Shown: in pieces, positions 11,133 to 25,287 of the stretch
How the letters are laid out: every line of letters begins with the position of its first letter
Position numbering within the stretch: the first letter of the stretch is position 1
Origin: Nymphaea colorata
Lineage: Eukaryota
Assembly: GCF_008831285.2 (NCBI RefSeq)
Contig: NC_045138.2
Span: 5,704,001 to 5,768,000 of the forward strand
Reading direction: 5' to 3'
DNA: 64,000 nt
Made by a program: the position numbers and the translations under genes
Notes under the pieces: generated by a model
What the model was told of the DNA's origin: nothing
What the model saw: only the letters and a program-made list of their open reading frames with translations
Database searches by the model: none

Positions 11133-14100
11133 CCTTGCAGATGATGAACCTCTGGATATTGTAAGGAAATGTGAGGTTCACATTAAAATGCAAAATGGAC
11201 ATGTATGGAAGTTAAAAGATGTCAGACATGTTTCAGAGTTGAAGTCCCAGAGTTGAAGAGGAATCTCATTTCAGTCGGGCAATTAGATGACGAAGGCTAT
11301 GTTACTATCTTTGTTAGCGGATCTTAGAAGATAACCAAAGGTGCTATGGTTATACCACGAGGTCACAAACTTGGCACATTGTACATAACTGCAGATGTGA
11401 AAGACACAGTGGTTGTGGCGAAATGTGAGAATAGATCCTTGTTGTGGCATTGCAGGCTTGGGCATATGAGTGAGAAGAGATTGAAGATTATGGCAACAAA
11501 TAACAAGTTGCATGACTTGAAATCTGTAGACATTGGGCTATGTAAAGACTGTGTCTTCAGGAAACAGAAAATGGTCACTTTCTCCAAAGTTGGACGACCT
11601 CCTAAGAAGAAAAAGTTTGAGTTTGTGCATACTAATATTTGGGGACCTGCTCTAGTTCGTTCTCTTGGAGGATCCTTATACTATGTTACAATCATTTATG
11701 ATTGTACCAGAAAGGTGTTGGTCTATTTTCTCAATCTGACGTGTTTAATGTTTTTAAAAGGTAGAAAGCAGAAGTAGAAAATCAAACCGAAAAAAAGATT
11801 AAGTGTCTACGGTCAAACAATGGTGGTGAGTATGACAGCAAAGAGTTTAAAAACTTTTGTGCATATCATAGGATTCAAACACAAAGGACAATCCCTAAAA
11901 AACCACGACAAAATGGAGTTGTAGAAAGAATGAACAGAACCCTTTGTGAAAGAGCAAAGAGCATGACACTGTATTCAGGCTTGCCAAAGATTTTTTGGGC
12001 TGATGCAATCAATACAGTTGCATACTTGATAAATCATGGGTCTTCTGTTCCTTTGGACTATGGGATACATGAAAAAGCCTGAATTGGCAAGGAGGTAAAT
12101 CTTGCATACTTAAGAGCCTTTGGTTATGTCTCTTACATACATATAGACTCAGATAAAAGAGATAAATTAGATCTAAGCCCAAGAAATGTTATTTCATTGG
12201 TTATGGAAATGATCAGTTTGGATATTGTTTTCAATATGATAAAGCGAAGAAAATTATTAGACATAATGACATAGTGTTCAATGAAATGGCTCTGTACAAA
12301 GACAGTGATAGTCTTATGTCTGATAAGATGAACATCATGACACAAATGAAGACATTGTAGAACTTCAAGATGTCTGTGAAGATGATGTTACAATTAAGAC
12401 TCAAGATAGAAACAGTCGATGGAACAAGAACCAAGCACATTCCAACCTCCATTGAGGAGATCAAGTAGAAGACCAAAACCAAATCGAATATATTCTCCTT
12501 ATTTATATTACTTACTGTTAACTGATGTCGGAGAACCCGAGTGTTTTGATGAAGCAATGTAGGTTACAGATTCAGTTAAGTGAGAGTCAACTATGAAAGA
12601 AGAGATTGACTATTTACATGCTAACTGAACATGGAAACTAACTGAGCTTCCTTGTGGAAAGAAGACATTGCAAAACAAATAGGTATACAGGATTAAAGAA
12701 GAAGCAGCTGGAAGAAAAAAGTATAAAGCAATGTTAGTAGTGAAAGGTTTTCAACAAAAAGAATGTATAAATTATACAAAAATTTTCTCTCCTGTTATTA
12801 AACTAACTACTATAAGATTGGTATTAAGTTTAGTTGCAGCTGAAAATTTATGTTTAGAGCAACTAGATGTAAAAACTGCATTCTTTCATGGGGATTTGGA
12901 GAAAGATATTTATATGGTGCAACCTGAATGTTTTTAGGTACGAAGAAATGAAAGCTTTGTATGCAAGTTAGAAAAGATTCTCTATGGTTTAAAACAGGCA
13001 CCAACATAGTGGTACAAAAAGTTTAATAACTTTACGGGAAGAAATGTTTTTAAGAAGTGTGATATGGATCATTGTTACTATTTTAAGAACTTTGATAGTT
13101 GTTATATCATTTTACTATTATATATGGATGATATGCTTATTGCAGGCTCAAATTTCCAAGAGATCAATTCTTTGAAAGAACAACTATCAAAGAAGTTTGA
13201 AATGAAAGATCTAAGTGCTGCGAAACAAATCCTTGGGATGAGAATTAGTAGGAACAGTAAGACAGACACCTTAAATTTGTCTCAACAAAATTATATTGAG
13301 AAGATCTTGTGCAGGTTTAGGATGCAAGATGCCAAGCCTGTTAGTACGCCACGTGGTAGTCATTTCAAATTGTCCAAGGATTTGTCACTCATGACAGATG
13401 AAGAGTATGAAAAAATGTCAAGGATTCCATATGCTTCAGTAGTAGGCAGCTTGATGTATGCTATGGTATGCACCAGACCAGACATAGCACAAGCATTGGG
13501 AGGCTGTGAAGTGGATATTATGATATTTGAAATGAACTTTAGGTATGACCCTTTGTTTTAAGAAAAATGAATTTCTTTTGCATGGCTTTGTGGATGCAGA
13601 TTTGGGTGGTGATCTTGACAACAGAAGAAGCACCATTGGGTACATTTACACCATAGGAAGAACCTGTGTCAGTTGGGTTTCACAGCTTCAAAAGGTTGTT
13701 GCGTTGTCTACTACTGAAGCTGAATATATTGTAGTTACAAAAGGCAGTAAAGAGATGATTTGGCTAAAGACTATTATAAAAGAATTAAATGTAAAGGAAG
13801 AGAAGTGTTCTCTCTTATAACAGTCAAAGTGCAATTTATTTAGTCAAGAATTCAGTGTTCCATGTTAAAACAAAGCATATTGATTTAAAGTATCATTTCA
13901 TTAGAGATTTGTTGGAAGAGAAGATACTATCTATTGAAAAGATTCGTGGTACAGAGAATCCAACAGGCATGTTGACAAAGTCAGTGACTGCTAAGAAACT
14001 GAGGTTATGTTTAACCTTAGTTGGTCTCCAAGGTTGATTGATGAGAAGGCATCGCACAGGTTGAGTATGTGATATACAAGTACTTGGATGGATCAAATTT

Positions 14101-14524
14101 CAAGTGCGAGATTGTTGGTGTATGGAACTTGATCTATACTGGACACTCATATACAATGTCATGGATCCAGTGGTGCTTCTCCTGCTTAGAGGCTCGTGCT
14201 TTTTTTTATGTAAGGGCATTTATGTCATTTTGTATAAATACAGGTTTGCCCTAATCCTTATGTTGTGAGGGAGACTATAGTTTCTTTGGTCTTCTCTCTG
14301 AGAGTTGATAGTGAATGATCTGTGCGATCGTGAACGTAGGAGATATTGCTCTGAACCACGTAAATTTTTGCTTTTTTCCTTGTTGCTTCTATCCCTCTCT
14401 TGAGAGTGCGAGAGGAGAGTTTTGTGTGTTGTTTCTGAACCACGTAAATATTTACCTTTTTCCTTGTTGCTTCTATCCCTCTCTTGAGAGTGCGAGAGGA
14501 GAGTTTTGTGTGTTGTTCCTAACA
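11133..14524 (+). mobile_element. Ty1/copia retrotransposon (Tnt1/Tork-like), 3' portion, decayed; interrupted by the Ogre element
   Basis: LWHCRLGHMSEK and CKDCVF (pre-integrase), integrase core, RT (LEQLDVKTAFFHGDL, LLYMDDMLIA), RNase H (DADLGGD, STTEAEY, KHID), purine tract at ~14102-14112, then LTR. Confidence 0.93.
14113..14524 (+). repeat. 3' LTR of the copia element, with an internal 84-bp tandem duplication
   Basis: TGTTGG...CTAACA termini; CTGAACCACGTAAAT repeated at 14351 and 14435. Confidence 0.82.
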
Positions 14525-14831
14525 CCTTTGCCGGTCGTCTGTCGTTAGAAACTTTTGAACGCCTTGGACATCGTCCTCAGGTCACTGGAAAACGGTACTT
14601 TGATTTGCACGGTGAATGAAAAGAGTTTAGTGAAGCTTTGAATGAGTTTGTCAATCTACTTGGTACGTTCATCGTCTCTCCTCAAAGCCATGAAGAGGGT
14701 TCACCTTAAGATGGATGAAGTTGCCTCGGCTTGGCTTGCAGAGCACCGCCGGAAGAAATCCAATAGCGCCAGCGAGAAGAGAGACTTGATTGACGTGCTC
14801 ATTAAAGAATTAGAAGACGGCCACCGCTATG
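14525..14831 (+). pseudogene. Cytochrome P450 (CYP82-like) exon-1 3' fragment, cut by the copia insertion
   Basis: VTGKRYF...EF(S)EALNEFVNLLGTFIVS, internal deletion, then KAMKRVHLKMDEVASAWLAEHRRK...DLIDVLI. One stop and a frameshift. Confidence 0.75.
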
Positions 14832-16213
14832 GTACGTTACCACCTCTCCCTCTTTTCCTCCTGTTTGTTCTTAAGTAAAGACAACACTAAAATCGCTAAG
14901 CTATTGTCAATCGCCATTTGGAGGGAATTTTCTAATGTCAAACTTGAAAGATTTTGGCAGTAAAAAAAAATATACATAACATACTTATCGTGCATTTGAC
15001 AGTTTGGATTTCAGATTCTTTTGTCACATACCACGTCAGGTTTATATGAGATTTATGGATTTCAGACCCGAAGTAATCAAACTCATCTTTAGTTTTTCTA
15101 ATTGTTAATTATAAAAAAGTTTGGTCGCCATGTCTATTTAATATTTTGGATTTTTCTTACTACCCGATTTTGATGTTTGTTTCTTTTTGTGATTTAAGTT
15201 ATTTTTTTATAACTTTCACCATTTTTGTCATTCTAGCTTGTGCCATCACCTTGCCAACTATTTAACCAGATTTCTTTCCATCGAGCTCTCATCATCCTTA
15301 CCAAATTTCATATTTTGATTTTGTAACTTCTTTTTAGAAAATTTTCTAAGACATCCTTAAAAATAATTATAAAAAAAAGACACTTAACCTGAAGTTTCAT
15401 ATTGCTAAAAATACCCTTAGGCTTTGCACTACTAATAAAAAACTTTTTTTTTTCAAAAAGGCCACAATTTGTAAGTTGATTTGTTAATTTGTGTTATTTT
15501 TTTACAGCTTCGATAACATTAATGCATGATTAGTTATATCTAAATGACTTTGTTTTCTATCTATATACTTAAAACAATTATAACATTTTTTTTGTTAGCA
15601 TTATAATGATTTTGAAGGAAATTAAACCTAAATACAATTAATTTACTTGTCAATTTAGCAAGAAAAGCCGAAACTTTCTCCTCTTTCCATTGCCTTCAAG
15701 GTTGTTTTTGGTCCTTAAGATGCTCCTACATGAATCGAACTGACAATCAGACAACAATCTGTCAATCCAACCAACTACAGTCTACACTCAACTTGAAGAC
15801 TAAATATTGTTAACTGAGTTAACAGATAACAGATTGAAATTTTATAGATTTTACAAGCACTGGATAAATCTTTTGCACCTTTTCTGTTATATGGATTAAA
15901 AAAAACTTTGGTGTATTTTGTCAATATGAGCAGGTTAGCTGCAGTTTCTATTATTGCAAAAAATTTAATATATTTTCAAAAACTTGTGATATTTTTTCGT
16001 GTCTTTCTTCCATCTCCATAGTAATTCATTCTTTTAAGTTAATAACTTAAGGACTTTACAAGCCAACCAACTTTTTTTAACCTCATCGACCGATCAAATT
16101 TGGGTTGGACCCAAGCACCCCCGAGTTCAACTTTATGGATCTGAATTAGACTTGGATTTTAATTTTTTCTTTTGACACCAGAACCGATCCAATTAACCTT
16201 TGATCCACTACCT

Positions 16214-16262
<49 letters not shown>

Positions 16263-16765
16263 ATAAAAAAAAGTGAAAACATATAGGTTGTGTTTATTTC
16301 ACCATGGATTTGAGATTCTCTGTGATCTGATATAGGATCTCAAATCCATGAATTTAAGATCATATACCTCTTCCTCCCTCTCTCCCCCACCCAAAAAAAA
16401 ATTTGATCTTAAATTAATGGTTTTGAATAAGGATGTGTGGTTCTGTTTGATTTCAAATTCTCAATATTTGAGAACTATGCATCCTCGTGATTTGAGACCT
16501 ATAGGTTTAATATCAGACCCCCATCCAATTTTATATTTAAAAGGCGTTTGATTGACTTGGATCTGAAATTTGAGGTGATTTGGGATCATTGTGAATCTCA
16601 AATCCACATTTTTTGCCTCACACCCCCTCCCATCTGACATCAAATATGGTCTGGATATTAGCCAGGGATCTCAAATTCTTCTTTTTCACATATTGGTAAA
16701 AATCTAGTGTTTGTTGGTCTTACACAAAAGGGACTTTACTGATGGCCCCTTTCTTCCTCTGATAA

Positions 16766-17362
16766 CAAATCACACATGAGTGGGCTCTCTCTCTCTCTCT
16801 TGCTAAACAACCCACATATCTTAAAGAAGGCCCAAGATGAATTGGACTACCATGTGGGCAAAGACCGACAAGTGGACGAACCAGACATCAACAACTTGCC
16901 TTACTTGCAGGCCATAGTCAAAGAGTCAATGCACCTATACCCAGCGACACTGCTTTTGCTCCCACACGAGTGAATGGAACCCATTCAACTTGGTGGGTTC
17001 GATGTGCCGGTTGGCTCAACGCTGTTTGTTAACGCATGGAAGATTCATCGCGACCCGACATTGTGCACGGACCCAAAACAGTTCAAGCAAGAGAGTTCGT
17101 GACCAGCGGCAATGCGATGACCAGCTTTGGTGGTCAGGACTTTGCGTTCTTGCCATTTGGGTCAGGAAGGAGGTTTTGAGTCGGCTGGCGGATGGCCATG
17201 CAAGTTCTTCGCTTAACTTTGGCACACTTGCTGCAGTGCTTTGAATGGTCTACACCCATGGATGAGCCGGTTGACATGATCGAGGGACATGGCCTGGCCC
17301 TACCCAAAGCAACTCTGCTTACAGTCCTTTTGAGACCCTATCTCCTTTCCTACCTCTATTAG
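16766..17362 (+). pseudogene. CYP82-like P450 last exon, copy A
   Basis: LKKAQDELD, PYLQAIVKES, stop at 16971, frameshift near 17090, heme motif reads FGSGRRF*VG (Cys lost). Acceptor and I-helix are missing. Confidence 0.9.
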
Positions 17363-19674
17363 TGAAACTATTGAGAGTACTTATTTCTAATGTGTGCTAT
17401 AATATTGTCGATGATATGGCAGATTCATAATTTCATTTTTGTAACCAAATTTTTCTGAGTGCAATTTGAAACGAAGAATGAGGTCATAAGAAATTAAAAA
17501 GTTAGATAAAAAGAAAATCGTGGATATTGCATGTTAATTAATTCATGTTGGGTTGTTTAAATAGGTAATAAGTCTCATTTCCAAACGGTTTGCTGCAACG
17601 GCAGGCACAGGGGCTGGTAGGAGGCCAGTTCCCTCAATTATTTTACCATTTTTAAGAAATGAGTAAAAACACTAAAAATATCTGTAGAAAATTTTACTAC
17701 CAATAATAATTCTGTAATCAATAGTGTCCCCTATGTGATTTCTGTATGCATAGTTCCCATGAATGGACATTCCATTTCAATATACGTAATGTTATTCTGG
17801 AAACAAATTACAATGCTATTCACTTACAAAATATTCATTTAGATAATAAAATAAGATAAGATTTTCACGGTAACCATCCAACAATGCTATTCACTTACAA
17901 AAGAAGTACCATCCAATATATCCAACCATTTAGTTTGTGCCAAGTGTTTTTGCAATGCCGATTATATGCACCACACAGTTTATGTTTTTTTTTTTTTTTG
18001 TGTGTAGTGAGGTGTAAAAATGAATAGAGTATCCTTATCTATAAAAAGAAACAATCCTACAAAAATAAAAGATGGGAAGTGGAAGATAAAAAGTTCTCAA
18101 TGAGTTTGTTTTCTTTTTTTTGAAAATGGCTAAATGTCCCTATTTCTTTTTTGGTGCATATTTATTACTTGCACTAGGGTGGTCCTCCCAACCGGGTCCA
18201 ACTAGTTCATTGGTGGTTGGCTTTATGTCTGCTAAATATTTTACTGTCTACAAGGCTATTTCGTAATAGTACCAGTTTGTTATTGGTTCATGAATTTGGC
18301 GCAAAACTTAAAGCACATTCATTTAATATTGTCTGAGTGTCCCACAGATTCATGGGATAATGACACATTGTTTGTATTGTCAAAATGGCTCTATATGGTC
18401 CAAGGGTATGATGTGGTCATAACAATTCAACCGGTCTTCAAAATATCATAGTGCAAACGATGGAAGAATGCTATTGGTAAAGCCTAAGAAGGAGGTCGCC
18501 ATTATTGTCCTATGGTAATCTCTCGTGGAGTTCCCAAGATCTCCAAGGCCAATCATCAAACAAACACATTATAATATATTCGGTTATTTTGGGTCCTTCT
18601 CATCACATATACACAGTATATTGATAATAGAAGAGTTTTAGGTGTGCTTGATTCCACATGGATCTCAGATCTAAGGAATCACAAATCCATGATAGATAAA
18701 ATCCACATTTCAATCTAATTGTGAATTTCATCATTCACCCCCAACGTGGATCTCAAATTGGTGCTTTAGGTTGTGTTCGTTTTACCGCAGCTTTGAGATC
18801 CATGGTAATCTGAGATTGATGAGAACCCCCTTTCCCCACATATGACCTTAAACCCATGAGTTTTTACATGTAACATGATTTTCAAATATATGCTACTAAA
18901 ATATCTTCCAAAACATGGCAAAAAATATATGCTGCTAAAATTTCATAAAGGTTGCATTTGGTTCACCATAGATCTGAGATTCAAAGTGATCTGAGGTTCC
19001 TATAATTTCAACCCTCACCCCACCAATCTGAACTTCAATCCACGGTTTTTAACATGTTGTATGGATTTTAATTAATTCATGCTACTTAGACTGAGGATCT
19101 CCCAAAACATACCTTTTAATGCAGCCTCGAATCTAAGATCCAAGGCTATCATATGTAACCATAGGGACATTTGATTGCCCCTGATTTTAAATCTTCAAGA
19201 TTGGAGAACCATAGATTTAAGACGAGACCCTTCCCACGATCTTAAATCAGGCATGTTCTTATACTTTATATTTGAGGGGTTTTTTATTAGCTTCTTATCT
19301 GAACTTCAAGGTGATTTAGGATCATTGAGAATCTCAAATCCACATACTTTAGGTCAGATCCGACATCAAATGTAAGGTTTTAGCTATGAACTAAGGATCT
19401 CAATTCTTCTTTTTCACATAATGGGAAAATCTAGTGTCAGTTTGTATTGTAGTTCTACATAAAAGGGATAATAGATCAGCCTCGGATCTGGGATCTCATG
19501 CTACCAAACACACATTTAGTAGTTTCTGCAAGGTTCAAATGGCGTTTCACTGAATGTTCTTTTCTCTATACCAACTCTTTATTCATGTTTGCTTGTGACA
19601 CCTTCAGTTTCCTAGAATCAGTAAAGGGCATAAATCTATTTTCCACCAATCTCCATTGTCCTGAATTATTCCAG

Positions 19675-20292
19675 GTTTTGGTAGCAGCCGGGACAGAGAC
19701 CACAGCAATCACACTTGAGTGGACTCTCCTCTCTTGCTAAACAAGCCACATCTCTTAAAGAAAGCCCAAGATGAGTTAGACAGCCACGTTGGCAAAGAGC
19801 GAAAGTGGACGAATCAGACTTCAACAACTTGCCTTATTTGCAAGCCATAGTCAAAGAATCAATGCGCCTATACCCAATGGCACCACTTTTGGTCCCACAC
19901 GAGTCAATGGAACCCGTTCAACTTGGTGGGTTCGAGTTGCCGGTCGGCTCAACCCTATTTGTAAATGTGTGGAAGATTCATCACGACCCGACATTGTAGA
20001 CCCAGAAGAGTTCAAGCCAGAGATGTTCTTGAGCAGCCGCAACGAGATGACCAGCTTTGGTGGTCAGGACTTTGCGTTCTTCCCATTTGGGTCGGGAAGG
20101 AGGATCTGTGTCGGCTGGCGGATGGCCATGCAAGTTCTTCACCTAACTTTGACACGCTTGCTGCAGGGCTTTGAATGGTCTACGCCCATGAATAAGCCGG
20201 TTGACATGACCAAGGGACATGGCCTAACCCTATCCAAAGCAACTCCGCTTAGAGTCCTTTTGAGGCCCCGTCTCCCTCCCCACCTCTATTAG
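19675..20292 (+). pseudogene. CYP82-like P450 last exon, copy B
   Basis: Acceptor ttccag at 19674, AGTETTAITLEW, ESMR (ExxR), FKPE, FGSGRRICVG, ends PRLPPHLY*. Frameshifts near 19728, 19803 and 19998. Confidence 0.9.
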
Positions 20293-21919
20293 TTACTTGT
20301 TTTTAGTGTATGCTATAACATTACCAATGACATGGCAGGTTCATGGTTTCACTTTTGAGAATAAACTTTTCCAGTTCAATTCAAAATGAATAATGAGGTG
20401 AGAAATTAGAATGTTAGACAAAAGGATGTTCTGGATGTTGCATGTTAATTGATCATGTTGGGGTGTCTGAATAGGTAATGAGTTTGAAGGAGCATAATGT
20501 AGCTGGTCGGATTAGCGGATCAGTCAAAGAATAGTTAATTTCAAGTTGAATTCTTGTGGATGCTACTTTTCTGGTCTGGAAACTACCATAGACACTACTC
20601 TCTGAGCTGAAGGAAGTAACCATAAGTTCATCTGGGTCGAGTTGAAGGGATTTCAACCTCTCACCCCAATGGTGGGTTTCCTCCTGCTCACCCAAACTGA
20701 ATAAATAACGGCAGAAGTGGGGTGAAGCAGCTTGTGATGCATTTTTAAATTTGAAATTGATGCAAGGATTGGTGTGTTGCCACAATAATTTATAGTTCTG
20801 CGGAATCAATTTCTTATGATGGGGTGACCTATGAAAAATTTAAATTGAAGGAAGAAAAGCATTCTAAACATTCTGTCTGCTGTATCCAAGCAAGCACACA
20901 TCGAAAAAGTATTGTGTGTCATGATTTTTGTTGCACATATGGTCAAATGAGGTATATTTGATGGAACCTTGTGAGATTATCTCCACCGTGTTTGATTGGC
21001 TGAGCTATACAATAAGAAAATTTGAGGGAAAACAAGGTAACATACTTGAAATCGTCAAATAAAATTGGCACACGTTGGCCAGATTTTGAGTGCTGACAGG
21101 TAAAACTAAAGCAGAGAACAAGTAGTTTTGTAGTAGTAATATAAAACGATTTTTGACAGAACGCTTGAGTTGGATCACCTCATTGTGGAGGATCCTTTCC
21201 AAACCAAGGTGGAAGGTGAAAAGGCATTTTTTCTTCACTCGTACTTGAGTGGAGAGCATTGAAAACATGCAAATAAGCAAAAATTTTGTGGATTGAAATT
21301 ACAATAATTTGAATAGAAGAGGGAAGAAAAGGGGGATAGGATGTTTTTGTGCGAGTCTTGGCTTGAGGTTTTCTTCTTCATTGCTTTCATGGGTTCAAAA
21401 GGACCGGATCATTTTGTTCTCCACTCACTGGAAGCAACAAGAGGCATTAATAGATAGGGAAAGAAAACTTATATTTCTTGTTTGAGGTTTTCCCTTGTTC
21501 TTTTTTCTTTGCTTTTTATGATCATTGGGGCAAGAGAAAGATGACTTTGTCGTGGGATCACTCATGGTCTTTCCCTTTTTCCTCTTTGTTTGTTTTATTG
21601 TATCTACCTTATGGTGATCTGTGGATTTATTGTTATGGGATTGCTCTCAACCTCGTGGCATTTATCTCTTATTTTTTAGTGGGATTTCCATGTAGAAAAT
21701 TGGTATTTATCTTCTTTTGGTGTTTGCTTTTATTTCATTGCTTGTTACATTCTTGTGTACTGAAATCTCTAATTGATAAAAGTTTTATTTTGGAGTGTGG
21801 TTAGAAGAAATATTGTTCTTATGTTTTCACAGAATAAAAATGCTTATTTACAGGTATTTTTAGTCATTGCCATTGTTTGTGAAACTTCATCATTTGGTTT
21901 GTGCCCGTTTTTCCCAACA

Positions 21920-24900
21920 TAAATGGTATCAAAGCTTTTAGTTCAAGAATAAACATCATTACCACAAGTCAGGTGATTGGTTCGATGGACACAAATTTTA
22001 ATATGCAGAAAAACAAAGTGAATGGATTTTTGTTTGTGAAGATTATGCATCTTCTAATATTTACAACTCAAAAGCCAGAATCTATCAGTAATGAAGATTA
22101 AAAGTTTGAGCATGAGCACGTGTATGATTTTATTCGATAATTTGTTGATGAGAATGTCTATATTACATTCAGCATCAGAATCACATGAAGACATTATGGT
22201 CCATGCTTGAAAATTTGCACGCTTCAAAGACGGGCAATAATATGGATGATGCAAGTTAAGCATAATGAAATTTTGTTGCTGATCGCTTGAATGAATTCCA
22301 ATGACTTATTAATCAATTGCCGGACATGAGTATAAAATTTGAACATGAAGTTGTTGAACCTTGGTTGTTTGTCACTCCACTAGATTCATAGGAGACATTT
22401 TGGGTCTCACTCACTAACTCTATGTCAAATAGTATTACTTTTATGAAGCTTGTTAAGGTCGGTGTTTTAAATGAATACATTAGAAGAAAATCTAAAAGTC
22501 TAGCATTTGTCACTATAAAAAGGGAGAAAAGAAAATTCAAGAGTGACAAATGTACACATAAATTGAAGCAAATCAAAGTCAATATTCAAGAATATGTTAT
22601 GTCATCACTGCAGTAAGAAGTGGTACATCAAAAAATATTGCTTTCAATTGATCGTGTTGTTGCAACTATAGATAATGATTTAGTTGTTGTTTATGATGAA
22701 GATGTTATGAACGTGACAAGTCACAATATGATATGGGTAATTGATAGTAGTGTCTTTCCATGTCATTTCAAATGAAGAATTATTTATTACTTATACTTCT
22801 AGTGATTATGTTGTGTTAGAATGTACAATTATAGTTTGTCACAGGTTAGTGTTGCTAATGTAAATTCACAAACCAACAATAGAATTATGTTGAAACTCAA
22901 GGATGTTATATATGTGCCAGGTATACATTTAAATTTGATTTTAGTTAGAAAGCAAGTTTAATGATGAACACTTATGAAGCACTATTATCTTCCCAAATTC
23001 TTTTTTTTTTTAAGGGAATTATTTCATTTTCACTCAAATCTCAATTATTTTATCTGGATTTAATTTGTGGGCCTTAAGCCCAATCGTAGACCCAAAATAA
23101 ATTTGCAACTAGTTGTTCCAAAATGAATCTCTAACCCTTGTCTAATCCCAAACACAAAGTTTAAAATCAAACCCAACCTTAGACGTGAGGTTCATATCCA
23201 AAATTCAATTCTCGGAATTATACTCAAAACTCAAGTTTAGATCCAAATTGAAAAATTGAAACTCAAATTCCAAAGCTGAGATCCAAACGGCAAAATTTGA
23301 TGTCATTGAGCGCCCTCCACGCACGCATGGACCTTCCTTTGTTTTATATTTTGTTCTCGTGTCAAGATGTGCTTTTGAGCTTAAATCACTCAATAGAACA
23401 CATCGGCGACCGATTGAACCCAATCCAGATATAAAATGAACCCAGAATCGCTCAAAACGCAGTCAGCCGCCCATTTTTAACAAAAAACATCATTGTTTAC
23501 ATTTTAAATAAAAAAAAGTTTTATGCTTCTTATATAAACAACTTTTTAGTATTATTATTTATTTTGATTTAGAAAACAAAAACAAAAAAACAAAAATCAC
23601 GCACGTGCAAGTGCGCACACCACGTGAGCACACCACGCGGTCGAGCGAGCATGCCACGTCGTTGAGCAAGCGCACAAGCGCGCCACGCGGTCGAGCGAAA
23701 ACGAGAGCGCACAAGTGCGCCATGCGGTCGAGGGAGCACGTGAGCGCACAAGCGTGCCACGCAGTCGAGCGAGCACGTGAACGCGCCTTCACGCATTGCG
23801 CGATGATACACGTTGCGCGCCGAGATGGGGCATGTGCGCACAGGCCCCCCATTTTCATGAAAAACTACCCCTTGAGGTGATTTTGGCCTGGCTAGGTGGG
23901 CATTAGCTCTGCCCATGCCCTAAAGGAGTGTTTGCAGGGCTAATGGCCAAATCCCACTTAGTCAAAGCCTATTTTAAAAAAAAATTAAAAGTATTAAAAA
24001 ACTATTTGAAATTTGCATGAAAATCTTGTTAAATTCAAAAAAAATCAAATTTTGAGTTTTGGCCAAAACTCTTTATAAATACTCTCACAATCCTCCCTCT
24101 TGGACATGAGTTAATCATCTAGTGCTCTCTTACTTGAAGATTTAGAGTCTTCCATTAGCCCCTTTCCTCCTTTTGTCTCTTCATCTATTCTTCTTCTCCA
24201 TCTTTGGGAGCAAGCTTCTTCAAGGTCCAACTCTTCAAGGGAGTACAAGATGATCTCTTGGATGCATGTCTTCATCACCTTGAGCTTCACCCAAAGCAAC
24301 CCTAAGATCATCCAAAGTAATTGATTCATCTTTTAAATCATTTTCATTAAAGGTATGTAATCAATATTTCACTTTATTTTTTTCGTGTTTTCCTCTCTTC
24401 TTCATCGCCCAATGACCATATAAGATAGCTCTCAAATCTTCTCTTCGGAGTCAAGAAGTTATTCTTGAGGGTACCGGAAGCATGAGAAGATGAAATAAGG
24501 TTTCATTTTAGGATCGAAACATGTTTTTCTATTCTCTTGAATGTTGCTTTATTTTGTAATATTATTCATGCATAGTTGATTGACTTTTTCCATTTATATA
24601 TGAATGAAAAATAAGAATGAGTGTTTGGGTTGGGATACTTCTCCATTATTATGTTGATTTTGAGGTGGGATATGTCCAACTCGAGAAAGCTATTCACAAA
24701 TATATACATGTTAAAAATGCATCTTCATGTCATTCTTACATTTAGTTTCCTTTTTAATCACCCCATTAGGGACCCCAATGAGTTCCTTAATACGTTACTT
24801 AATTTCCTTCCATACCCAATGGTAGGATAAATATATCCTCTTGTAATAAACAAAATAATTATATTTTTATATTCATATATAAAAATATTTGAAATCGTGT

Positions 24901-25203
24901 TTTTCAAAAGCTTTTCGAAAGCAAATACCCTCTCGAATGAGACCTTGAAGACTTAGCTTAGGCTCTTGCATGAGCCCAAGTTCCTCTCCGGCCTATATAA
25001 AAATCGAAGTCAGATATTTTCAAGTCATTTCTTGATTTCCATTCTCTTGAAGACATATACATATGTGCACATGATGATGTTTCTTTATCATTTTCTCTTC
25101 ATGGTTCAACATATTATATTATAAATTTTCATATACATATGAATGTGTATATACATGTGTTCTATTTTCTCTTTAGAATCTTTTATTTCTCTCTTCAAGT
25201 TAA

Positions 25204-25287
<84 letters not shown>

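Noticed and set aside
20453..20809. 118-aa - strand ORF with a faint jacalin-like look (LQLDPDELMVTS)
   Set aside because: Too few matching residues to support by eye; would need an HMM search.
21184..21919. Possible 5' LTR of the decayed copia element
   Set aside because: The 3' end (CA before the PBS) is clear, but no start or partner LTR could be fixed, so it is not listed as a feature.
23559..23916. Overlapping Arg/Ala-rich ORFs on both strands
   Set aside because: Arise from the CpG-rich repeat within the solo LTR.
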